From NCBI GenBank assembly GCA_964247055.1, contig OZ176053.1, positions 5,394,001 to 5,458,000 on the forward strand: a stretch of DNA of 64,000 nucleotides, in the 5' to 3' direction. This document shows positions 47,653 through 61,600 of the stretch, in pieces. The DNA is from Paragordius varius (lineage: Eukaryota; Animalia; Nematomorpha). Position numbers and translations under genes: made by a program. A model generated the notes under the pieces. It did no database searches. It saw only the letters and a program-made list of their open reading frames with translations, and was not told the DNA's origin. How positions within the stretch are numbered: the stretch's first letter is position 1; each line of letters opens with the position of its first letter.

Positions 47653-48081
47653 TATATTCGAATTAATGTTATTAATAGAATTAATATTGGATTTGGTGGC
47701 AAAAATGTAACTAAAGTTTATAATATCCGCCACACCCATGCTTATAAACCTAAGCCCTCTTTGATTAAAATATTTTTTCAAGTGACTGTTACTTGAACAT
47801 TCCTTAATACAATACTAACAACGGATTAACACTAATTATATTTGTTTGATACGAATTTATCCTAATTATCATTAAATTAATATAAAAGAAACATGTTAAA
47901 TGATGACAAATTTCAATTAATTAACTGGAAAAATAGTCTCTCCTCCTACAATAATATAATTTATGTTTAAAAAAAGCTTGGCAAATATTTGGTAAAATGT
48001 ATTCTTTAGATATTTGTTAATAAAGTAAAAAATTTGTTTGAAGTACCTTTTTTAGAGAACCACCTCGAAAAAAATATTATA

Positions 48082-48344
48082 TTAACCATTTACTATTGGA
48101 ATTCACTTTTAATCAATTCAAATTCATCCTAAAATTATGTATTTCGGGCTAATATAACTCATCATTAATAATATATATATTCTTATGGCATAGTTTATTA
48201 TTTTTTCAGTATTATATTAATTATAAGCAAAATTTTATTTTTAAAAATATATAAAAATATAGGTAATTTTTAATTTTTAAAAACACATAATTTATTTTAG
48301 GGTGAATATGAATGGTGCAAGGGTGAATTGAACTGTAAATGGTA
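48082..48344. mobile_element. Family C1 MITE
   Basis: taaccatttac..aattca through gggtgaattgaactgtAAATGGTA|TA. Confidence 0.75.
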
Positions 48345-49691
48345 TATCTTGTATGTTAGCGCAAAAATTAAAGGGTGCGATAGGCCGCATTCTTTTCTTA
48401 TGGTGCGGCAACAGTGGGAAGGGCTAAAAAAATAAATGTTTATAAGGTATTTTTCACTTTAAAACACAAATCCATAATACACAATTGATTAAATTAAGGT
48501 TGATTAATACCCAAGGTTAAGGAAAGGTAATAATGGCTTAAAGCTGTATTAAGAAATATTTATGGAAAACATTTAGATTTTATTGTGAGGGTGTGGTTTA
48601 TAGTTTACAAATAAATTTGCCCATGGATTTAGCCCAACTCATAATGGAAAACTAGGAATCGTTAGTCACAAAGTAAAAATAATTACAACCAACAATAGCA
48701 ACGATTTCAAAGCAACTTAGAAAACAAAACTCATAAGGAGTTCAATTTAACATTAACATATACAACTATCACATAATAAAAAATTGTCAAACGTGACTCG
48801 GTTTTAACCGTTACTTATGATCAAAAGATATTTTGCCAAAACGGGTAAAAATCTCATACTTTAAACCAAGATATGTTTTCAACTATTGGTCACCTTAACA
48901 ATGCTCTTTAAAAATTATTTTTTTTCGATGGAATAATATATCAAATATGAGATTTTATATTTTTTGGTAGCCATAAACTCGATAGTTAGAAAGGATTATT
49001 CAACATTTAAAGGTATTAGTAAAAAGTAAATTAGAAAAGTTAAAGATAATCATGAGGCCAATTAATTTATATGCCCTGTTTTTATATATATATATATATA
49101 ATATAACCTATAATCAAAGTAAGGGTGAGCCCTATTTACAAACATAAAATTAGCCCTTTCTTAGAGAGTCATTTTGGACATAAACTATAATGCAAGCAAC
49201 TAAAATGATTGACTGAAAATGTAAAAAAGATTAATGAAGATTTATTGAAGTTTTATTAAATTGAGCTTAAAATAATTATATAAAATTAAATATTATTGAT
49301 TAATTAACATAATTAACATTAAAATATGAATTATATATATGTCACTAATTGATATAATTGATGTAAATTTCATAACTAGATGAAACGATGACTAGTATAA
49401 TAGAATGATGAATGGATTATAAATAATAAAAATAGTTTGATAAGGCTTTGATTTAACAGATACATATATATGTATTAAATAATTAAATAAGATTATTGAA
49501 TTAAAGAAATATATTACAATAAATAAGAGTGACTATATTTAAAAATAAAAAAATATTGGTTAATGACCATTTTTTGTAATAACCCAAATAATTTCCCCCT
49601 CATATATTTATCTATAGATTCATTACAACTTACAATGATTAGTTAAATAATAAAATAACTACATATAAAAATTTAAATATAGACTTCCACT

Positions 49692-52600
49692 TTAAACCCT
49701 AGGGATTTCAATGAAACCAATAGCTCTGAGGCCAGGTTGATAGTAATCAGATATGCGAACCAGGGCTGGTCGTAAATCTTCAACCATTTGAATTTGCTCA
49801 AAACTCAATGTGTTTATGGATTGGCGTTCAGGGCCTACACTGTCATAGTATATGGTAAGTTTTGTGTCACCTTGTGTAAAATCTCTCATTTTTTCTACTT
49901 CATTATTTTCATTTTCATTAACATTGAATTCGTCATTTCTATTTTGGCCACTCCTTCGATTTATAATGTAACCGGAAGGGGCATTAACTTCAAGGATAAC
50001 CATATTACTCCGAGCCCCAACGGTAGAGAGCGATTTAAAACTATAAGAATAATGTATGTAATATAAGTAAAAAATGAAAATTATTATACAGACAAAATGT
50101 AAATACATAAAGAATAATATATTTTTTCAAAAGACGGCTTTACTTGATTAAATTTGATATTTTTTAAATATAACCCATTGTTTTAAATTGCGAAGTATGA
50201 AAGAGAGATGTATATTGGTAAGGCATTAAATGTAATTAAATATTTTTATGGGGAAAACGAAGGTTTCATGGTAGGTAGACCTTTTAAATAAAAATATTTG
50301 CCTGTTTTATCGTTTTATATAATTCATTTTTTTCTGTATATTAATTTTTATTATAAAACAAAATAATGCAAATTTTTCAAGGGTATTAACAAAACTTATT
50401 CCACTGATAAAGGAAATAAACATTATAGAGCACATTAAGATACGAACTAAGGCTTAATTTCATGCTAATGTTAATAGAATTTTCAAAGTAAAATATCTGA
50501 AATCATTTTCCAAAATATTTTAAAATACTTACCTAAAACAAATATTGACAGTAAGCGTGGTTGAATTAATTTGTCGACGGGTCCTAACCTCTAAAACAAA
50601 CGGAGTTATGCTTGTGTTAGAAACGACATTATAACCCCAGGAAACCTAATACATATAAAAGTTTATCATTTTTAATATTTGTATATATTTATTGATTGAT
50701 TCACAAAAGCTATAAATTAAAAGTTAATAGTTATGTAATTAATTAAAAAATATGTAGAATTATATTGTATTTATTATGATAAATTTCTTTGGTATCAATC
50801 TATATATTTATAAAAATGGAAAATGCTGGCTTTGTGATGTGGTACAGGAAAACCGGTAGACCCAATCAAATCCAAATATCGAAAAAATATAATCAATAAT
50901 AAATGTCCCGACAATAGCTTCGCCATTTTTTTGAAATAGGCCCCCAGTTCGGGCCCACCCCGTATGAAAAACGGGTTTTTTTTTGAAAACAGAAGTCCAC
51001 AAAAATCGTGTCTTTGAGACAATTTTCCGGAGAACGTGTTGGACCATTCAATATGATTTTTGTTTACTTATTTTCGATTGCGCTGAACATAGTCGTCTCG
51101 CTTTTTTAATTAAGCCCTCTTTTTACCCGCTCCCCCCGTAAAATGCCATTTTTTTCAAAAAACGAAGTCCACAAAAATAATTTTTTAAATCTTATTTTTC
51201 GCCAAAGGTATGAGACCGTAAAAATTCAATAAAGATTCCACGTATTCCCTGCTAAAAGGCAAAAATTTTAGTCAAGCGTTTCTATGATGATAGCTGCTGG
51301 GCAAGGATTATCTATCATATGCATAGAATGTTAAAAAATATATGGATAATAAAACATTATTTATGGTAATCTATATATTTATAAAAATGGAAAATGCTGG
51401 CTTTGTGATCTGGTACAGGAAAACCGGTAGACCCATTCTCCAAACTTCGAAAAAATATAATCATTAATGAATGCCCCGACAATAGCTTCGCCCTTTTAAT
51501 AGCCTCCAGTTCGGGCCCACCCCGTGTGAAAAACGGTTTTTTTTGAAAACAGAAGTCCACAAAAATCGTGTATTTGAGACAATTTTCCGGAGAACGTGTT
51601 GGACCATTCAATATGATTTTTGTTTACTTATTTTCGATTGCGCTGAACATAGTCGTCTCGCATTTTTAATTTAGGCCCTCTTTTTACCCGCTCCCCCCGT
51701 AAAATGCCACCTTTTTCAAAAAACAAAGTCCACAAAAATAATTTTTTAAATCTATTTTTCGCCAAAGGTATGAGACCGTAAAAATTCAATATGGATTCCA
51801 CGTATTTCCTGTTGAAAGGCAAAAATTTTAGTCAAGCGTTTCTTTGATGATAGCTGCTGGGTAAGGAGCTACCCGCTAAAAACTGATTTGCCATGTAATT
51901 TTGTGATCTGTTTCCGGAAAATCGGCCGACCCAATCAAATCCAAACTTCGAAAAATTATAATCATTAATAAATGTCCCGACAATAGCTTCGCCCTTTTTT
52001 TGAAATAGGCTCCCAGTTCGGGCCCACCCCGTGTGAAAAACTGTTTTTTTTTGAAAACAGAAGTCCACAAAAATCGTGTTTTTGAGACAATTTTCTGGAG
52101 AAAGTGTTGGTCCATTCTATTTCAAATATGATTTTTGTTTACTTACTTTCGATTGCGCCGAACATAGTCGAGTCACTTTTTTGATTTAGGCCCTCTTTTT
52201 ACCGCTCCGCTCGTAAAATGCCATTTTTTTCAAAAAACAAAGTCCACAAAATAATTTTTAAAATCTATTTTTCCCCCAATTAAACAATATATTAGTATGA
52301 ATGCTCCGTTTTAAAATTCCTATAAAATCATATTTATTAAATAATGTTTCGAAATAATCCACATAAGTGGATCTTTTTATTGTCCCTTATTTTAAATAGC
52401 CCTACCCCCCCAGAAGTCCGAAGGACTTCCTCGGGCTGCGTAGCAGCACGAGATTCACGCTAGTAATAATAATAAAAGCGGAATAAAACGATATCCATGT
52501 TTTATCATTGAAAACAATTTAACTTTGAAAATCATTTTAAAAAAATATAAACATCTTTAACATTATTATTAAACGAACGGTACAATAAAAACCCAAAATA

Positions 52601-55600
52601 TTTATTTTCAAAAAACAACAAAATAAATAACAATATCAATGTATTTAAAAATTATCGCCCATTTATGCGCGTGATTTATATAATAAAATGGAGTTACGTT
52701 TTTTAAAATTTCTCACGACGTATAAAAAATAAGCTACTTGTAATAAAGCGGAGCCGGTTCCCCGGGCTTGAATATCAATTTGTGGTTCTCGCTTTGATCC
52801 AAAAGTTTGGCAGTCAAGCAAAAGCAAAGAACGGACATCCAAATGCGAATCATGGAATAGAGTTTGACCTTTTATACAAAAAAAAATTTTTTTGTTAAAT
52901 ATAAACTTTATATTTTTATCTTAATTTATAAAATATTAAAAAAATAAATTATCAAAATTTATTAGAATTTTGTAAGAATTATGTATAACAGAGATTGTGC
53001 GAATTGTTAAAAATAAAAATTATTTAATTAATTTTATTCAAAAAATGAAAAATAATATTTTGAGACATGTACCAGAAAATGTAACATCCATATTTTGTTG
53101 ACTAGGAGGCGGTAATAATTTTGCAAAAGCTGCTAATCCATCTAAAGCCACGATTGTATCCTAAAAATCAAAATATAAATAAAAATTGTAACAAAGTTAT
53201 ATTAAAATTTATTTAAAATCAATTATTTTAAATTTGTAAAGGAATTTAGCCCCAATGAGATGGTTAAAATTGGATATTAAAAACCCTAGTAATTTATTTA
53301 ATGGGCAATTGTAATTTTTATTCACACACACACACACAATAATTACGTATGCTCCATGGCAGAAATAAATATTAATTAGTGATTTAATATTTAAAAAATT
53401 TTAAATTTTTGGCACATACACACAAATATATATATATATATATATATATCCTTAAAAAACAATTATAAATTTTCGGGAAAGTAAATATTTAGTAATTTAA
53501 AATGCACATGAAATGATTAAGAATATTTAGACATATTTTAAAATCATAAATTGAATTGAAAATTTTTCCCAGTATATTTAGTCGAGCTTATATATTTTTA
53601 AACAACAAAAATATCAAATGGTTAATAAATTTAAACTGTACAAATGACACATTCTTTACAATATTAAAAAATTATATATTAATTCAACATTTTGATATAT
53701 ATCTTACAATTAATAACCGCCAAAAAAATTTCTCATATGATAAAAGTCCGAAAACTTATCAATAAATGCAACGATAAAAATAAACCCAATTATTTTTAAC
53801 ATTCAATCAACTCAATATATTAACAAAAGCATAAAAAACTTAACAACTCATGGAAAATAAAAAAAACAAAATAAAAACCTGCGTGCTGGCAAAACCACCC
53901 AATGAATTCCTTTGACTTATGAGCCATCGAAGTGGCCTAAGGCCATCATCAAGTCTTCGTTGACTGGCTAGAGCTAGTAAAACGTAAGCCGTAGTTTCAA
54001 AGTCCCAGCTGTTTAGAGGCGGCGGATTTATACGAGACCTCGTGACTGGGGAATCACGTGATGGCATATTAGGTCCAAAAACGTCTAGCCTTTGACTTTG
54101 AGGGAAAGCGGGCCAAAAATTACCTTTATTATCAGTTTTTACAATAAAAATGTAAGTTATAAAGATAAAGCGTATTATTACTAAATCATAGGTACACTTA
54201 TTAAACAAATACTTTAATATCTAATGAAGCCTACTTAAGGGAAAAGAAATATTGCTTTCCTGTGTAAATATGTTTATTTATAATTTTATTTTTTAATGTG
54301 TAAATATTTATTAATTAGCAAAAATATTTTTACAAAGCAGAATGCTTTTTCTTTTATAGGTGTTATCATACATTTCTTATTTTACCAATAAATATTCCAT
54401 CATATATAAATGGTTTAATTGGATATAAGGATACATTTTTAGCATATGAATCACGGTTAAAATATATTTTGAATATATCATAAAAATTATCGGTTTTGAT
54501 GCACATTTCGAATAATAATAATAATCAAAATATCTAAGTGTATATATATTAAAATGATTTGCGTTTAGTTATTTAAGTTTTGTAATACATTTTAAGTTCG
54601 CATTTAAAGAATTTATATAATAATAAAAGGATAAACTCCAAGCTTAACTTAATAACAATTAAATTGAAAAAATAAGGAAAAAGAAGAGAAGTGGGTCAAT
54701 TCTTTGCCACATAAGTATTGAAACTTATATAATAATGGACCTATTTTTTTTAAAATGTAATTAATTAACTTACTGTGATAATAAAAAGGATTAATAATGA
54801 TAAAAAATTGTTTATTTGACCAATTTATATTTTGCTTGTATAAGGAAAAAATTCATAAAGGAGGAAAAACCTTGATCACTTTCAATTTGCCGTTGAGTTA
54901 AGATTGTCCAAATATTATTTTGTGCATTCACAATTCTCTGGTTTTGTTCGGGTACATTTATAGTGCGTAATAAGGCGATTATATCTAAAACAATAAATTG
55001 AATTAATAATTAAGATTATTTCCTTTGAAACCAAAATAAATTTAAAACTTTCGAATTGTAATAATTTAAATAGTTTGGCATCATAATAAAACCATTTTTA
55101 AATATAAATATTTTAAATTAATTATTCCCTCAATAGATATATATGCATACTTCAAAAAAATTGAAACATTGAATGCTTTTAATTCAAGAGAAATGCAAAA
55201 TTTTGTAATTATTAATATGAATCAAAAATAAAATGAAAAAAATATATATACCTTTATTTCTAACATTATACGTAAAATTATCATTGGGCAATGGTTTAAC
55301 CGGTATAGGCAAAATAGAGGGAATGGGAACCGATATTCTAGTTTCTACATTAGATGATGTTACACCTAAAAATAATTAAAATAAAATACATTATTTTATA
55401 CAATTTATAATTAATATATATTAATAAAAACTTTAATATCGGATTTAATTTTATTAATAAAGAAAAAATAAATTAATTTAGGTCTAAATTTTAAAAAGTA
55501 ATTTATTTTAACATAAAAATCATAATTTAATAGGAAAAAATAATAACCATTATTATTATCGAAGAGGGGATTGGTTCTTTCAAATGATGGTGAGGGTGGT

Positions 55601-58600
55601 ATGCTAAATTATATATGGATTTTTTACTTCAAACTTTAAAATAAAACAATCAAAAATTTAAATAATATTCATTTGGCATTAAATTAACAATAAGCACAAT
55701 TATAATTATATAGCAAGGAATATATTTAAATTTATTAAATTTTAATTTACTTTTTAAAATAAAATATTTTACAATATTATTCCCTATTTAACATTAAAGA
55801 ATTTTTTTTTCATTTTAAAAATCATTCAAAGTCTTGAAATTAGAAGTTGTTATCACGGTAGATATTATTTAAAAATAAAATTACAATAAAATCTATAGAA
55901 AAAATAATTTATCGCTATAAAATTTTTATACAAACTTTTCTAAATCATTAATTTCTGTGGCTTCTGGTTGGACGGCTAACTTTTTTTCCTGTTCTTCCCA
56001 TTGTTTAATTATAACATTTAATGCATTTTGGTTGATCGGATTTTGCACAGCCAAAGTCAAAGCAAAATATCCAATAGCCAGATCATAATTACTAGAAATT
56101 AAGCAAAATGTATGTTAAGTCCAAATTTTATAATTTTTATAATAGAAATAAATAAAAAATTCAGTTTAGTTTTAATTAGGTAGTCCATTTTTTTCAAAAT
56201 ATATTTATGGATTGTTTACACACATTTCATATATATTATGGAGAACTAAATTATTCTTCAACTACCAAATTACGAAGGGCTAAATAAATTACAGTATTGC
56301 CAGAAAGTTATTAATTATTGCAAAATAGCATATGCAGCAAAGAATTGGCTAATAATAGTAAAAAGTGAAAAAATAATTATAAGCCAATTATACTGCGCTT
56401 TGTTGTATATGCTATTTGTCAATAATTAATAACTCTAGCAATGTATTACTGTATTTATATGCTAATGTTTATTTAAGTTAAAATAATTGTGAAAAAGTTA
56501 TATTTTAGAGATATTAAAATAATTTTTCCGAAATTATAAACTATAGAACAAATTTTAATGTAAAAAAATTTTTTTTATACTATAAACATATTGAGTTTGC
56601 AAATTATTAACCAATACCATTATAATTTTTCAAAATAAAAAATAATGCTTTCAAATATATATATATATATATTATATGGCCTTTTGAAAAATTATAATAT
56701 TTACATCAAAATAATTATACTAAATATATGAATATTGAAGAGATATCCATTATTATTCAAATACATATTCAAAATTTTAAACATTTTTATATATTGATTT
56801 TTACAAGAAAATTAATACAAAAAAGATACCTAATTTCCGTTGCATTTGTCGTTCCATCCAAACTATTTAACAAAAATCTTTCCGATAAAATCAGGGCTCT
56901 CAAAACGCGATTTCTCATATCTTCAGTTTGGGTTTCAGAACTTTTAACATTCACATTATTATCGTTGATAAAATTATTTGCTATTCGGCGCAACGCTATA
57001 TAAACATAGCAAGTTAGAGCGAAATTGCCTTTACTGCTTCCGCCCTACAAAATTAAATGAATATGCTAAAATATCGATTATTTTTCGCAAGAACCATAAA
57101 ATTACAAAAAAATATTTTATAGTTCAAAATTGATTGTACATTTTGCAAGATAGATATAAAATTATTGTTTTATCACAATATAATTTTAAAATATTTATAT
57201 TGTAATATTTTATATGTATATAGATTCCTAAAAAACATTTTTTTAAAAAAAACTACCTGCAAAGCCTTATTATGAACGGTTCCGATCTCCGCAAAAGAAC
57301 CCAAAAGATAAGCTGGTTTACCGGCTAGTACTTGATTATCCAATATAAATGTCAATGCATTGCTATATTCATATGAATACATATGTTTTGAGTTAAAAAT
57401 CAAGGTGTTTTAATGGTTAAAATTTTCGGTTTTAACTTAAAATAATATCTTAAAGGGTCGAACATATGGTTGGAGGAATATCAACATTTTTAAATTTTTA
57501 ATACAATTATTTAGCGTATTAATACATTTATAGATAATTATGATATTAATTAAATTTAAAAGAGGGGGAAAATTAAAATTTCCAAGATAAATATGTAAAA
57601 AATTTAGGCATAAACAATATAAATCTAATAAAATAAAAAAATTTAGTAGGCTCGATAATACTTACAATAAAAACTCTAATCAATTACTTTATTATACGTT
57701 CTTGAACGAATATAAGGCCTAATCCACCGGGGCGACCAGATGCCAGAGCGAATGAACGCAAAACAAGCGACGTTAACCATATGGAACCACGGGCATCATT
57801 TTCGCCAAAAGCACTAAAGGAGCCATCTGGCCGCTGGAAAGTCAGCTGTCTTTGGAAACCTTATATATAAATATATATTAATATTTAGAAATCATAAAGG
57901 TTTATATCATAAAGGTTTAAATTTCGGGTCAAAAAGTAATTTTGTTGTTAAATGGGAGGATATTACATTCGAAGCGATAAAACCTAAAAATATTTAGCAG
58001 TCATCTAATTATTTTTTAAAAAAAATTAAAAGATGCCTAAATTGAATCAGATTTTTGAATAAAAATATTTAATATATTATGGTGAAAAAAAAACTTTTTT
58101 TTATAAAATATGAGTTTTTTCATAAAATTCCGATATAAAAACATATATTTTACACTGTCCAATAATTTAGGCCTGCAAATCAATAATCTCTAAATCGTTT
58201 TATTATTTCGAATTTGCCGCACATAAAAAATATACGGATCCTACCAATAATTAATATTTAAATAGCCTCAAAATGGCATGTATAATCACTGACAACAATA
58301 AATTTTACTCTTTCCGCACAATTTTAACCATCAGATCGACTATGGTTACCACAAAGAAAGGTCAGCAAGCAAAAATATTATATGTATAATAAGTATCAGA
58401 CTAATAAAAAAAATCAATTATCCAATCATTAAATTATAATCAATCTGGTTCTATCATCATTTATTAAAAGTATGTTAAAAATACTACAATACCTTTTAAA
58501 TATGAAATAATAATAAAAATTAAATGAGGCTAAATAAAAATAAGTTTATAACCAACTGTTCAGTACAATTTAAATCCCACCTAAAGTAAATTTAGACCTT

Positions 58601-61600
58601 TGGCTGTTTATTTTATGAATTTTAATAAAATATACAAAAAAATTCGAAGTCTTTTGATATTTTCATTGGTAATAATCAAAATTTGAGTTAATTACCTTGT
58701 TCAGTAAAATCTACAATTTTAGCCCGCAGATCGGGTGTGTTTAAGCCTTTGGCCGTTAAATAAGCCCAAATAAATAAATTTGGGGCAAAAGTTAACATAT
58801 TTTGTTCACCACATCCATAAGGCAATCGAATCAAATTTCCAATGTTGGCTAAGGATGGACCCATAATATCACCTTTATTTGACATGTAATATAATTCAAA
58901 TATAAAAATAAACTTTATATTGATTTCAAATAATGAGTAAAAAGGTCAAATTTTATTTTAATAATCGGGTATAAAAACGAAATTACTATTTAACTATAAA
59001 TTTGAATGATCTGAACATTTATATATTTTGTTATATTAAAGTGGTTTGATTGAATAGAAGCAAAATATATTATGAATATAAATCAATAAATAAATTAAAT
59101 TTTAAGGCACAATCTTTCCGAACCGGTTATCAAAATGTTTTCGGAAGCCGGAACCGTAGTTTCATTTTTTTAAATTTGTCATTTTTTAATTAATAATATT
59201 AATATTTTTCACAAAAAAATAGCATACAATATTTTACATAGCTTATGATGCTTTTGCGGTTTTTTATTGACATTTCATCGAAAAATTGGGTTTACATAAA
59301 AAATGTTAACGGCCATAATATTTTTATTAAAAAAGTATGTTATAAATCAACGAAGAAAATAATGCCATTCTTTTTTGTCATAAAAAATTAGGAATTTCTT
59401 ATAAGGATTTCCTTATTTTTTTATTCACTCCATCCAATGTTGCCGTTTAGTAAAAGCGAGTTAGTTTAGGTTAAACAATAAAAGCGTTTTTTTCCAAATT
59501 TTAAACAAATTTTTTCAAATGTAGACAAATAATATTTACTTAATGTGAACAATTTTAAGTTTATTATAAATATGAATTACTAGGTCAATTTCATAAATTA
59601 TCAGCCATCTAATTATTAAAATGAAAAAACATTTACCAATTGAACAGACATCAAGGAAATTTGAGCCAGGCACAAAATCTTGGGCATTCCAATCTATCAA
59701 AACTTTTTGAGTGAAGGTCGAGGATTCATCACCGCTATTATTTTTGCCAAGTGAAACAAGGAACGGTTTATTAAAGTATTGAGTTTCGCCTTCAGCCTAA
59801 AAATCATAATTATTTTATATCAACAATATTTTGCAAATCTTAATGTAGGTTGTGTAAAAGTTAGTTACAACAAATCATTTTAATTATGATGATAGTTTGG
59901 TGCATGTACGGGATACATTAAGCTGGCGAATAATTTGGAAATCCATAATTTGCAAAAATATGCTGAAAAAAATTGATTTTTTTAAGCATTTTTTTGGATA
60001 AATCTATCTAATTGATAACGAACTTGAAAAAATCGATATTTTGTGTTTGCATTTTGCAGTCTTATGTATGTTCAAAATTTAATAAAATATATTAATACAC
60101 ACGCATATTTCGTATGCGGCCGGCCGGAATATGGAAATCATAAATGCGGCCCGCAAAGCCATTAGTGTTGGACATCCCTGTTGCTTAATTCGTATTCAAT
60201 TTAGAAATAATATAATTAAAATAGATTAAAACATTTTTATATTATATTTGAATATTAATAAATGATTATAGAAAATGATATAATCAATAAATATTCCAAC
60301 ATAACCATTTTTTGTCATTTAAAAAAATTCACAAATTTAAAATACTTACTTTAACAGGTAAAACTTTTTCGATCGCATCACCAATTATATTATCAGCATT
60401 ACCACCATTTTGATTTAAAATCCGTGCAGTAACCTTGATTTTACATGGGCCAACTTTCAATGGTCTTATCCAAAAAAAGACAGATTGGCTATTTGAGTCT
60501 GGAATATTAATTGAATTTTCGACATTCCTATTAAGATTATTCTGAGAATTTGCATTAGAATCGCTAGAAGCAATAACTTCAAATTCTGGTTCTGTGGTAC
60601 TTTGAGGTCCTGATAGAGTTACTAAAGTCTTAAAGGGAAAAAATAAAAGATATTTTTTAGAACAGATAATATTTTTAAACACTTGTAAAAGGACATTTAA
60701 AATGAAATTATCAATCTATAATAATGAGGGTTACCCATCTCATACCGATTGCTTAAGGTAGCCAAAAATATAACCAAAAGCGTTTTTCAAGGTTTTTAAG
60801 GATGTGATACAATTTAAATATTTTCTTTTAAACATGTTTGTTATATAATATTTTAATCATATATTTTATTTATTAGACATTATAGTTCTAAATTTTCACC
60901 TTTTATAGAATTATTATTGGAAAAATAAAAAATTAACTCACTTTCACATCTCGACCTAAATAATTGAATATAATAGCTTGAATGCGGACCCGTTCTCTCC
61001 GAATTACCGAATACGGCAAATTGAGTGTCACGAAAAATGGTTGGAAAACTCGAATCTATATTATGATAAAAGTAAATTTGGATTTTGATTTGACAAATTT
61101 CTTTCAAATAATACTTAAAAAGAAATAAATAAAAAGGGTGTGCGAATCTCATTACAACACTTAAATTTAAACATTTTACTCTGGTAATAGTAAAAATAAT
61201 AAAATATCGGTAACATTCAAAAAATTTTTATCGCTAAAATTTTAGGAAATACATGTGTCAATTAATTTACTTTTTAAAGGGAACAAAAAAATAAAAATTT
61301 CAACCTGACCCGGGATAGAACTGATTCCTAACCCATTAACTTGGTCGAGGGATAGAGCTGAAGCTATCCAAGTTGTTATAGTATCAGGTGTTTGTTTGGT
61401 TACACTTGCCATTCCATTCGAACTTTATGAATAAAATTTCGTAAGAACAAAAATTTGGTTAAAACAGTTTTGTAATGGTAAATGACGGATTGATTATGTT
61501 TTGTAATAACAGTTGTAAAATCCGTAATATAATCATAATCGAAAATTAAACTTAAAATTAATTGAAAGATAATTATTAAAAGAAATTATAAACGATATGT

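Noticed and set aside
48620-48720. Hydrophobic stretch VALKSLLLLVVIIFTL as a possible GPI or TM exon for the TEP
   Set aside because: It is preceded by an in-frame stop and has no phase-0 acceptor compatible with the last TEP exon.
50795-52115. Several similar 64-84-aa ORFs in the track
   Set aside because: They are translations of the Helitron tandem units, with frame differences between copies.
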